IMG/VR virus record: IMGVR_UViG_3300006103_000048
Coordinates: 1 to 32,150 of that record
Source of the DNA: a virus
Lineage: Duplodnaviria > Caudoviricetes
Length of the DNA stretch: 32,150 nucleotides
Strand: one strand, 5' to 3'
Below the pieces are notes generated by a model that worked only from the letters and a program-made list of their open reading frames with translations, did no database searches and was not told the DNA's origin. Below are positions 1-8,111 of the stretch, in pieces. How positions within the stretch are numbered: position 1 is the first letter of the stretch; each line of letters starts with the position of its first letter. The position numbers were made by a program, and so were the translations under genes.

Positions 1-285
1 GAAGGTAGTGACATCCCGCTGATCGCGGAACCAAAACTTACCACTATTCATATACCACCGAGCCAGACCACCCTCTTCTCTAATGTGCCAAACACTGCCT
101 CTATCACCATAGACTTGGTAGGCCCAAGTTTCTATTTCCATCCAATCGTAGCCAATGGGCTGTATGGTGTGATAGGCCTGTCCCAAGACCGTACCTTGAT
201 TGACCAGCAGGCGACTGCTCTGCCAATCATCGCTGGCCCAATATTCTTTTGGACTCAGTCTGGGACTAGAGAACGCTTCGTTCAC
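1..285 (-). CDS. Small hypothetical phage protein, 3' end outside window
   Basis: Manual translation: GTG at 285, open to position 1 (MNEAFSSPRL...RWYMNSGKFWFRDQRDVTTF). Not in the supplied ORF track. Confidence 0.7.
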   Translation of the reverse strand, partial: MNEAFSSPRLSPKEYWASDDWQSSRLLVNQGTVLGQAYHTIQPIGYDWMEIETWAYQVYGDRGSVWHIREEGGLARWYMNSGKFWFRDQRDVTTF

Positions 286-523
286 TTTCAACTCCGAAAT
301 GTTGTTTAATCTGTCTGGCAATAATAGCACCCATATCATCATCACGGTGACTGCTCTTTAGTGATACTTTCTCACATTCTCTAACAATCAATTCGGCGAA
401 CTTTTGTAAAGATTCCGGTGGGTCAAATGTGATGTATGCGTTTTCTTTGACAATATCGTTTTCAAGTCGTTGCCAAAATTCTGCTCCAGCCTGTTCGGCA
501 AGTTCTTTAATTCGTTCGTTCAT
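266..523 (-). CDS. MNERIKEL-family small protein, copy 4
   Basis: Shares MNERIKEL / KFAELIVREC / IKQHFGVE blocks with three upstream ORFs. Confidence 0.85.
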   Translation of the reverse strand: MNERIKELAEQAGAEFWQRLENDIVKENAYITFDPPESLQKFAELIVRECEKVSLKSSHRDDDMGAIIARQIKQHFGVESERSVL

Positions 524-720
524 TCTTTACTTTCCCAAGCCCAATGAACAACTATCCAATCTTGTAAACAATCTTCAGCAGAATAACATTCATCCACTTT
601 TTCTTTACCAAATTCTCTACACATTGCGGCATACCAATAATCCCAATAGGATTTGTGAATTTCCACTTCAGATAATGTTGTTAAATTGTCAACACCATCC
701 CAAAAACTATAGTACCTCAT
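520..720 (-). CDS. Hypothetical Trp-rich small protein inside the MNERI array
   Basis: ATGA overlaps with both neighbours. Confidence 0.75.
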   Translation of the reverse strand: MRYYSFWDGVDNLTTLSEVEIHKSYWDYWYAAMCREFGKEKVDECYSAEDCLQDWIVVHWAWESKE

Positions 721-950
721 TTTTTAATCCCAAAGGTTCTTTCAATCTCATCCATACAACTCAACACGACTTGCTGTTGAGTCGGTGGAACAAAATGCCT
801 AATCTCATTTGCTCTGCTACAAGCCTCTACACATTCCCGCACAATCAACTCGGCAAACCGTTCAATAAACTGTTCTTGTGTATCCCAATTATCTGGATCA
901 GAATCTTCTCTGGCCGCTTTGATCCAAACTTCTCTAATTCGTTCGTTCAT
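717..950 (-). CDS. MNERIKEL-family small protein, copy 3
   Basis: MNERIRE...ERFAELIVREC...TFGIKK. Confidence 0.85.
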   Translation of the reverse strand: MNERIREVWIKAAREDSDPDNWDTQEQFIERFAELIVRECVEACSRANEIRHFVPPTQQQVVLSCMDEIERTFGIKK

Positions 951-1174
951 TCTTCAACTCCGAAATGTTTTCTAATCGCTTTTGAGCAATCATGTGTCCC
1001 TCTTGCCCATTCTGAACTTATTTTATGATCCAACAATAAGTCACATTGATTAGCACATTCCCTAACAATCAACTCGGCGAACTTTTCTTTATTGAAATTA
1101 TCATAACTTACTCCCCACTTATGTTCTTCGATAGTAGTGGCTTGCTTAACAAGTTCTCGAATTCGTTCATTCAT
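947..1174 (-). CDS. MNERIKEL-family small protein, copy 2
   Basis: MNERIREL...EKFAELIVREC...IRKHFGVEE. Confidence 0.85.
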   Translation of the reverse strand: MNERIRELVKQATTIEEHKWGVSYDNFNKEKFAELIVRECANQCDLLLDHKISSEWARGTHDCSKAIRKHFGVEE

Positions 1175-1458
1175 TCTTCAACTCCGAAATGTTGTTTAAT
1201 TGCTGTTTTAATACTTTCTGCCTTGACCCACATTCCCATATCATACTCGTCATGTTCATCATCATTGGATTCGTGTTCACAAAATTTAACACATTCCTTA
1301 ACAATCAACTCGGCGAACTTTTGATTAAACTGTGTATGCCAACCTACATGTCCATCTTCCCAAATCTTGCCAGGAGTCTTGCTTCTAACAGGTCCAGTAT
1401 ATGTTTCATTCACATAGTCACCAGCCTGTTTACTAAGTTCTTTAATTCGTTCGTTCAT
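1171..1458 (-). CDS. MNERIKEL-family small protein, copy 1
   Basis: MNERIKEL...QKFAELIVKEC...IKQHFGVEE. Confidence 0.85.
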   Translation of the reverse strand: MNERIKELSKQAGDYVNETYTGPVRSKTPGKIWEDGHVGWHTQFNQKFAELIVKECVKFCEHESNDDEHDEYDMGMWVKAESIKTAIKQHFGVEE

Positions 1459-1694
1459 TTTTCAAACTCTTCCCAAAATAATTCTTTGTCTTTAACATAC
1501 GCTACAGGTTTAAGCCAACCACGTTCAATACAAGTCTGAAGTATTTGTAAATGATTGTATGGACAATCTGTACTAATTTCAAATCCTGCTCGATTAGCCA
1601 GGACTAATCCGTCATGGATTACAAAGTTAGGATCACCTTGTTTTATTTTACGAACATTAGATTTTGTTACTGTAACTGTCATTTTACTTCCCAA
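1455..1694 (-). CDS. Hypothetical protein
   Basis: ORF overlapping both neighbours; start may be 1682. Confidence 0.7.
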   Translation of the reverse strand: MGSKMTVTVTKSNVRKIKQGDPNFVIHDGLVLANRAGFEISTDCPYNHLQILQTCIERGWLKPVAYVKDKELFWEEFEK

Positions 1695-2287
1695 AAGAAT
1701 ACTTGTACTAACCTAGCTGTGTCATCCGTGTCACCAAACGTTGGACCAATACCATGAAAATAATTTGCAGGATATAATACCAATCTATTCCATGTAATGT
1801 ATGATACCAATTCAGGAGTCCAATATGATAAATCTTTATCTTGGTCTGATAAAATAATGTCATTTAGTTCTTTGTCATTAGTAACACTATTTTTTCCAGA
1901 CACATGTTTATATAATATAGTACCTTGAATCCCATTACTAGTTTGTTCGGGTGTATTCAAATAGACTACCCCTGCATATACGTTAGGAGTGACTTCATCA
2001 GCATGAACTAAATTTCTAGCTTGGTCAGTACCCTTACTAATTCTAAATTTACCGCTATTCGAATTACGTAATTGGATAGCATTTTTCCCTAGTAACTTAC
2101 TGACTTTGATATCAATACTAGACTTGTAATAAAAATCCTTACTCATCTTACCCGGGAACGGAGCATTTCCGTTAGGGTGTGAATGTGAAGTGTTGTCTGG
2201 CAAATATTCGCAGGTAAGTGCATGTTCCCTTACTGAGTAAGGGTCATCATATATATTATCAATTGCTAGAAAACAATTATTCATCAA
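1679..2287 (-). CDS. 2OG-Fe(II) oxygenase-like protein (DUF6445-like)
   Basis: HxD (VHAD), AGVVYLN, NRLVLY, distal His (FHG), RLVQVFF. Confidence 0.7.
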   Translation of the reverse strand: MMNNCFLAIDNIYDDPYSVREHALTCEYLPDNTSHSHPNGNAPFPGKMSKDFYYKSSIDIKVSKLLGKNAIQLRNSNSGKFRISKGTDQARNLVHADEVTPNVYAGVVYLNTPEQTSNGIQGTILYKHVSGKNSVTNDKELNDIILSDQDKDLSYWTPELVSYITWNRLVLYPANYFHGIGPTFGDTDDTARLVQVFFWEVK

Positions 2288-3282
2288 CTACTCTTATAAG
2301 GACTGTTCAACCATTTGCTGAAGGAATCACTTTGGTCGCTGAGTTTTTGCAATTCATACTTTGCACAAAATTTCATAAAATGTAGCCCAACACTTTGTGT
2401 TGCAGTTGTACGCACACCTTCACGGATAGTTTGATCCACTGCATTACGAATATCTTCGGGTTGTGCAGTAAGATCAATCAACACACGATTGCGTTCATAG
2501 TCCTCACGTACACGATGTTCTACACCATCATGATCCAACCAGCGTTGCAACATCAAGTTGTTCCAAGAAAATCCCTGCTTTGTTCTGTCAGCATAGGCTT
2601 CAATCAAACCAACCTTATTCTTGCTACCTTTAGTACGTACACCTGGAGCCGCACTAAACACGTTGTCGGTTGAATCACCACGCATACATTTCTCGAATAG
2701 ATGAAACTGCGGGTCACCAAGTAGTTTGGGTTCTTTAGTTTTCTTGTCAACAATCAATCGATTCTTGTCATCAAAGTATCCGTCAAGTTTAATGAGTTGT
2801 CCTGATACTCCATTGTACTGATGGACATTTTCGCTAATGAGTTGAACATAGTCAGTATCGCTACTAATAATATAATGCGTATCATTTGGGTGTAGTGCAA
2901 TAAAACGTGCAATAAGATCGTCTGCCTCTGCGTTGGGATTACGTAGTACGCTTACATTAGTTTTCTCACGTAAGAAAGTTGTCATGGCTTCATACGTTTC
3001 CCAAAACATTTTATTTTCTTCAACCTCAGATTCAGTCATAGCCGATTCGTCAAGTTTACGATTAGCCTTGTAGGGCTTGTAATATTCTTTGCGCCAGCTA
3101 CGACCCTCCAAGCATATCACTACGTGATCAATACCAAAACGTTTAACTGCTTGATTGATAGAACTGAATGTAAGATGCAATGCCATACCGATTTTTTCCC
3201 ATGTGTCAGCATTGCGGCTTGCAACGTGACGGGCACGAAAGAATGTGTTGGCAGTATCAATGAGGGCGTAAGTTTGTGTCAT
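2284..3282 (-). CDS. rnh: T4-like RNase H / FEN-type 5'-3' exonuclease
   Basis: LIDTAN, EADDLIA, SSDTDYVQL, GDSTDNV acidic active-site motifs. Confidence 0.9.
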   Translation of the reverse strand: MTQTYALIDTANTFFRARHVASRNADTWEKIGMALHLTFSSINQAVKRFGIDHVVICLEGRSWRKEYYKPYKANRKLDESAMTESEVEENKMFWETYEAMTTFLREKTNVSVLRNPNAEADDLIARFIALHPNDTHYIISSDTDYVQLISENVHQYNGVSGQLIKLDGYFDDKNRLIVDKKTKEPKLLGDPQFHLFEKCMRGDSTDNVFSAAPGVRTKGSKNKVGLIEAYADRTKQGFSWNNLMLQRWLDHDGVEHRVREDYERNRVLIDLTAQPEDIRNAVDQTIREGVRTTATQSVGLHFMKFCAKYELQKLSDQSDSFSKWLNSPYKSS

Positions 3283-3288
3283 GTGTAT

Positions 3289-3317
3289 ATTATATACTAC
3301 TATTTAGTTTTTGTCAA
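3289..3317 (-). promoter_or_regulatory. Consensus sigma70 promoter for rnh, with embedded CTAAATA
   Basis: TTGACA-N17-TATAAT; the ATG is 6 nt downstream of the -10. Confidence 0.85.
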
Positions 3318-3756
3318 CCTGACAGTTTACCGATTCCAAGTAAAGATCAGGGCTGATAGTGATGTTTTTTCTAGACACTCGTTTGTCTCCGCTGTAGGGT
3401 AACCAACTATCTTGAATTCTTTGAGTTTTGAATTTATTATCAATAATAAATTTTTCTACCCAAATTTTAACATCTTCGGCGGTCATTGACGATTCTTTTG
3501 GATCAATACCTTCGAGTCTCCACTTTTTACGTTTTATTTTTTTGATAAGAATCTTGCGATGTTTTTGTTTAAATGCGTCCTCAATATCCTCAATCTCTTC
3601 CTCAGGACCATAAAACAAAAACATAAAAGACTGATCCTCGAGACAGTGGGCGGTATAGTCGTCCACTCTCTCGGGATTTTTTGTAATGCCGAATCCTACC
3701 TTATTGTTATGGCTCATTACCATAATGTAAAAGAAGATCCAATCGTACATAATCAC
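3304..3756 (-). CDS. GIY-YIG / T5orf172-like nuclease-fold protein
   Basis: N-terminal FFYIM...KVGFGITKNPER...Y pattern plus a downstream IE; remote similarity only. Confidence 0.5.
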   Translation of the reverse strand: MIMYDWIFFYIMVMSHNNKVGFGITKNPERVDDYTAHCLEDQSFMFLFYGPEEEIEDIEDAFKQKHRKILIKKIKRKKWRLEGIDPKESSMTAEDVKIWVEKFIIDNKFKTQRIQDSWLPYSGDKRVSRKNITISPDLYLESVNCQVDKN

Positions 3757-5126
3757 TTAGCTTTCTTAGGAAGTTGAATTGAACGTTTTACAATTTGATT
3801 ACTAGCTGATGCATAAGTGTTAATTTGCGTAATTTGTTTTGCCTCCAAATATTGCAATGCATCCACACCTTTGTGAACATGCAAGTCTTTCAGAGCCTTA
3901 ATCACAAATTTACCACCCAATTTAATATACGCTTGATAAGCAAAGTACAATGATAAGGTAAATCCTGCACCCTTACCGTCTTTATCAGTAAATTGTTCAA
4001 AACGATATTGCTTGAATGCCTTAGAAGCATTTGACTTCAACTTGTTCATAGTGCGATAAACACCTTGAACAGTGGCGTGCAAATCGTTCAAAAATTGATC
4101 CCAGTCTGAACCGTTCATATCAACATTTTCAGCTTGAGCAAAATCAAACAATGTACCATAAAAACCTAATTCAGCATTATCAACTGACAGATTATTCCAA
4201 AACTTGTCACGTGTACTAAACACAAATATTACCTTACTATAGTCAGCCGTGGGCGCTAAACTTTCAACACCTGCCAAGTGAGTAATTGCACCGGGCTCAC
4301 CTACATCATCATGGTCAACTGGAAGAGGTGTGCAGTTATATTGCTTCAAAATTTGAATCAAATTGTAAGTGTGCTTGTAAACTGGGTTTGCACTATTGTC
4401 TAAACGAACAGACAAATAATGTTGCTTCCACTTGTCGAACACATCAATGCGCTTACTCATTTCACCGTTCAACAACGCAAATGCTTCACGTGCAGTGCTT
4501 CGGTCATGTGTCTCAATATAGATAACAAGAATCTTAAACTTCTTCCAATTTTTTGGAAGAACTTTCTTTCCGTTAATTGTCATAAATCCGCCTTGAACAA
4601 TTGCCGCTGTTGAAGTTGCAGTATGTTGACCGTTAACAATGGTCCATTCATCCTTACCGGGAGTCTTGATACAATAAACAGGTTGAAAGCATTGTTCATC
4701 ATAGTTTACAAAAATATCAGTAGCATGAGCCACATCGAGTTCACGGTTAATATCTTCGTCAGACTTTAGCTTACCGATTTCAACTTCTGTAACTTTAGGG
4801 TAAAACTCTGCTTTAAATGTCTTACCTAATTTTTGATAACGCTCAACACCACGGTGGTATGCGTCATTCGCCTCAGTTTGAATTGATGCCAATAGTTCTT
4901 CTACATATTTTTCACGATACTCGTCGGCTTCACGCTCTAAAATATTCTCGATTGGAAAATCATTGGGATCACGTTTGGTAACTTTAAATAACAACGGGAA
5001 TTCATTAGTCATAATAGATGTTGCGGTTGTGGTACGTGTTGGTTTTGTTGCAGTCACTTTGACTTTTCCTTTAGTGAGTTTAGTTACCAATGATGACGTT
5101 TGACCGTCTGTTACCGTGTAGACCAT
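3753..5126 (-). CDS. ParB/Srx-fold (DGQHR-like) domain protein
   Basis: NRELD..H..I...YD...QPVY...IVNGQHT. Start moved to ATG 5126 (AAGGAG RBS, downstream of the promoter). Confidence 0.6.
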   Translation of the reverse strand: MVYTVTDGQTSSLVTKLTKGKVKVTATKPTRTTTATSIMTNEFPLLFKVTKRDPNDFPIENILEREADEYREKYVEELLASIQTEANDAYHRGVERYQKLGKTFKAEFYPKVTEVEIGKLKSDEDINRELDVAHATDIFVNYDEQCFQPVYCIKTPGKDEWTIVNGQHTATSTAAIVQGGFMTINGKKVLPKNWKKFKILVIYIETHDRSTAREAFALLNGEMSKRIDVFDKWKQHYLSVRLDNSANPVYKHTYNLIQILKQYNCTPLPVDHDDVGEPGAITHLAGVESLAPTADYSKVIFVFSTRDKFWNNLSVDNAELGFYGTLFDFAQAENVDMNGSDWDQFLNDLHATVQGVYRTMNKLKSNASKAFKQYRFEQFTDKDGKGAGFTLSLYFAYQAYIKLGGKFVIKALKDLHVHKGVDALQYLEAKQITQINTYASASNQIVKRSIQLPKKAK

Positions 5127-5159
5127 AGAAAACTCCTTTGAGTTAATTAAGAAGTTGCT

Positions 5160-5188
5160 ATTATATAACACTTTTGATTTATTGTCAA
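5160..5188 (-). promoter_or_regulatory. Consensus sigma70 promoter
   Basis: TTGACA-ataaatcaaaagtgtta-TATAAT (17-nt spacer). Confidence 0.9.
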
Positions 5189-5394
5189 GCCTCTTCCGCC
5201 TCGACCTCTTTACGTAAAGATAGTATCAAATCACGTACACCTTCCCGGTCAGCGCTGTCGCCTACAAACTCAACACCTTCGGGCAAACGACACTTATAAA
5301 GACTAGTTGCTAGGGCAATAATTGTCTCGTTGAAACCCATGGGATACAAACCTTTGGGACCATAAAAACTCATCATATAACTGTTGAAAGACAT
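5185..5394 (-). CDS. Hypothetical small early protein
   Basis: AAGGAG RBS before ATG 5394; has its own promoter. Confidence 0.75.
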   Translation of the reverse strand: MSFNSYMMSFYGPKGLYPMGFNETIIALATSLYKCRLPEGVEFVGDSADREGVRDLILSLRKEVEAEEA

Positions 5395-5423
5395 ACATGC
5401 TCCTTTAATCAATCGATAAGTGT

Positions 5424-5452
5424 ATTGTACAGCCTAATCCATTTATTGTCAA
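5424..5452 (-). promoter_or_regulatory. Sigma70 promoter
   Basis: TTGACA-ataaatggattaggctg-TACAAT (17-nt spacer). Confidence 0.85.
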
Positions 5453-5457
5453 CTTTT

Positions 5458-6588
5458 TTAAATTTTGGGCACGTAGCTTAGTATTTGTTGGCCTGCTTTG
5501 CAAAACTGCTGATAGTTATGTAGGATGATAGGCTCTACATTGCGTTGCCATTCTAGTATTTCCGTATCGGATAGCTTACACAACCTTTCAATTTCATTGG
5601 ATATGGCCTCGGCCCGATCTTCATCATTCTCAATGGTATCATAGGTTTCATCTATATAAGGATGAAAGGTCTTATATCCAAAACTTCTTAAGTTTTTTAA
5701 ACTGCCGGTAAATCCTGCCAACACAAAAGGTTTTTTACCTGCAATAAATTTATATAACTTTTCTGTAAAGAAAAATGCATCCAAACTTAATTGACTAAAT
5801 GTATTTGGGTTATTGTAATCATCATGAAAAAACTTTGATTCGGTTATAATGGCAAAGTATGTTTCATTAAAATGATCAAAATCTTCGGGTGTTAAACTAT
5901 GCAATCTATCTGCATTATCAATATCACGTTTACCTGTTATACCCAAACTAATTGGAAATAATTCTTTATTATTATTAAACGTGTCTATAATGTTTTTGTA
6001 TTTGTTTGGAAAGTCTTCATGCAAACAATAAAACATAAATTCATCATCGGGGAATGTAAAGAAGTTAGAAAGAAATCCTTTATCTAACAATCCTCTGTTG
6101 ATAATTTCTGTTGTTATATACAACCTGTGCGGCTTAACATTTCTGTTATAGCATACAAATTTTTTTGATTTTAAACGTGGTGTAGTATCAACTAAATCAT
6201 ATGCTAATAAATTTCGTTGTTGAAAAGTTTCAAAAGTGTTTGTAAAATAAACTGGAATTTTTACCCAATTAAATCTATCACAATGACTAAGATAGTAATT
6301 AATATTTTCCTGACAGGGGCTTGCTCCTAATATTAATCTAAAATTACTGGGTTGGTAGTTATACTTTTCAATAAGATATTTGATTATTTGTTGTACCGTG
6401 TTTGTTTGATTATATGGTATACCTTCGCTAACAATATTAAAACAAATAAATTGTTGCGAACTTTTACTAAAAATTTCTTCGGCGCAACTAGCAATATCTT
6501 CTGTGCCAGTGAATTGCATGGCATTAACTAATGCTGAATTGTATGGTAAGTAAATTGGGATATTAGTTGCGTCAATTTCTACCATCAA
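5458..6588 (-). CDS. Putative glycosyltransferase-like protein (remote GT10-like C-terminus)
   Basis: CYNR..KPHR, ITES, FFTEK.YK, KPFV..G, GYKTF..YIDETYD motifs. Confidence 0.5.
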   Translation of the reverse strand: MMVEIDATNIPIYLPYNSALVNAMQFTGTEDIASCAEEIFSKSSQQFICFNIVSEGIPYNQTNTVQQIIKYLIEKYNYQPSNFRLILGASPCQENINYYLSHCDRFNWVKIPVYFTNTFETFQQRNLLAYDLVDTTPRLKSKKFVCYNRNVKPHRLYITTEIINRGLLDKGFLSNFFTFPDDEFMFYCLHEDFPNKYKNIIDTFNNNKELFPISLGITGKRDIDNADRLHSLTPEDFDHFNETYFAIITESKFFHDDYNNPNTFSQLSLDAFFFTEKLYKFIAGKKPFVLAGFTGSLKNLRSFGYKTFHPYIDETYDTIENDEDRAEAISNEIERLCKLSDTEILEWQRNVEPIILHNYQQFCKAGQQILSYVPKI

Positions 6589-7019
6589 CTTACCTCGGTG
6601 CGTCCATTTCCTAAGTCACGGCTTCTAATGATACGCATGTCTACGGGGTCACGATTAGTTGGATCTGCTTGATCTTGCTCATAGATTTCTAATGCAACAT
6701 TGCGACATACAGTTTGGAACCAACGATCCACAATCTCTGCATCTGTATCAGTATTCTTAATCTTGTATCCTTGTTTAATCAAGTTAACCACAAACTTCTC
6801 GTTCCAATCTAAGTCAAATGAGCCATTGCCTACATTGTTAGGATCAACTTCAACACTAAGAATAGCAATATAAGGTTCGCCATTTGCAGTGGCTTTTTCC
6901 TTCTCGGTAAGTTCTACCTTAGGTGCCTTGGGTTTCTTTTCTTTAGTTTCAACTTTAGGTTCTGGTTTTACCTCAGGTTTAGGTTCTTCTTTGAATAATC
7001 TTTTTAATCGTTCAAACAT
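6585..7019 (-). CDS. Hypothetical protein with Pro/Lys/Glu-rich N-terminal linker
   Basis: ORF overlapping the end of uvsE. Confidence 0.8.
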   Translation of the reverse strand: MFERLKRLFKEEPKPEVKPEPKVETKEKKPKAPKVELTEKEKATANGEPYIAILSVEVDPNNVGNGSFDLDWNEKFVVNLIKQGYKIKNTDTDAEIVDRWFQTVCRNVALEIYEQDQADPTNRDPVDMRIIRSRDLGNGRTEVS

Positions 7020-8046
7020 TTGTTTTCCTCATTTCATTCAATGCAAAACTTGCAAGATTCTTAGCCTTGCTTTCGCACATAATATCAGCCCATTCACCGT
7101 GTGTCAATGCCCAACGGTTAACTGCATCGTTCCAATAGTATTCACTATGTGCACGTAGTTTTTGTTTGTTGTGTCCACTCTCAATCAAGGGTGCAAGAGA
7201 GGGGCGCTCTGATCGGGTATGGCCAACAAGTACGTCTTCACGGCTAACGGAGTAATGTATAGTAGGACGCAAGCCACGCCAACTATCAATAATTTTTTTA
7301 ATACGGTCATCGTTACTTTCAATATATTCACCTGTTTTTACCCAGTGATGATGGATGTCTAAGACCAAAGCGAGATCCTCTGCGAGTTCGAGGGTTGAGT
7401 CGAGTCCCCAACTGATTTCTTCGTTCTCGATTGTGATGGTGTTTCTTGCTTCGGGCGTGAGTCGTTTGAGGGCGTTTCGAATACCTTGGGGACCGGCTCG
7501 ACCCGATATGTGGACATTGATTTTAATGTCCTGAAATTGTCTGCCGTACCCCATCCAACGGGCCATGTCCACATGATATTCAAATTCCTCTATACTCTTA
7601 TTTACTACCTCAGGACGGTCACTCGCTAAAACAACGAATTGGTCAGGGTGAAATGACAGTCGTACATCATTAGCACGTGCAGTTTCACCTAAGGGTGCCA
7701 TCCAGCGTTCTAGACTATTTTGCACATCAGTAGATTTCCAAAAGTCACGATAGTCTTCGTGTGTATAGAAACTAAACATATCACTAGTAAGACGAACCAT
7801 ACGCAGTTCGGGTTCAAGAGTAGCAACACGTTTGATTAGATTGTGTGTATTCATAATGTTGGTTTTAGCAACATCAATGATTTTTTGTTCGACAACATCA
7901 CGCTTGTTACGATTTGCCCAAGCCATTGTAGTGCCACCAGTGTTCAATCCTTCACTAGAAATGATACCTTTTTTAGGATGAACCTCAGCCCATTTGCAAG
8001 CAAAGCCAATGCGTTTGATAGATTGATTTGTCAAGATAGTATCCAA
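7012..8046 (-). CDS. uvsE: UV DNA damage endonuclease (UvsE/UVDE)
   Basis: IGFAC, RLTSD, RLSFHPDQF, INVH, TIEN, LDIHHHW, HYS, RAHS, DIMCESKAK. Confidence 0.92.
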   Translation of the reverse strand: MDTILTNQSIKRIGFACKWAEVHPKKGIISSEGLNTGGTTMAWANRNKRDVVEQKIIDVAKTNIMNTHNLIKRVATLEPELRMVRLTSDMFSFYTHEDYRDFWKSTDVQNSLERWMAPLGETARANDVRLSFHPDQFVVLASDRPEVVNKSIEEFEYHVDMARWMGYGRQFQDIKINVHISGRAGPQGIRNALKRLTPEARNTITIENEEISWGLDSTLELAEDLALVLDIHHHWVKTGEYIESNDDRIKKIIDSWRGLRPTIHYSVSREDVLVGHTRSERPSLAPLIESGHNKQKLRAHSEYYWNDAVNRWALTHGEWADIMCESKAKNLASFALNEMRKTNV

Positions 8047-8050
8047 AGTG

Positions 8051-8093
8051 ATAAATAATATGTAACTATATCACGAATTGACATTTAAGTCAA
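8051..8093. promoter_or_regulatory. Overlapping divergent promoters: minus-strand sigma70 (uvsE) and plus-strand ATAAATA late-type
   Basis: Minus: TTGACT-N17-TATAGT (8093-8065). Plus: ATAAATA at 8051-8057. Confidence 0.65.
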
Positions 8094-8111
8094 GTTAAAA
8101 CGGAACATATT

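Larger units (their letters stand above)
287..1458. repeat. Interspersed direct repeats encoding the constant blocks of the MNERI genes
   Basis: ttcaactccgaaatgtt at 287, 953 and 1177; acaatcaa(c/t)tcggc at ~384, 841, ~1065 and 1301; aattcgttc(g/a)ttcat at ~509, ~936, ~1160 and ~1444. Confidence 0.9.

Noticed and set aside
266-1458. CRISPR array or DGR template/variable repeats
   Set aside because: The repeats are of three alternating types, in frame and protein coding. No cas or reverse transcriptase gene is present, and the variation is not adenine-specific.
8078-8093. Palindrome TTGAC-N6-GTCAA as a plus-strand sigma70 promoter or operator
   Set aside because: No -10 at the correct spacing on the plus strand, and a single short occurrence is insufficient.
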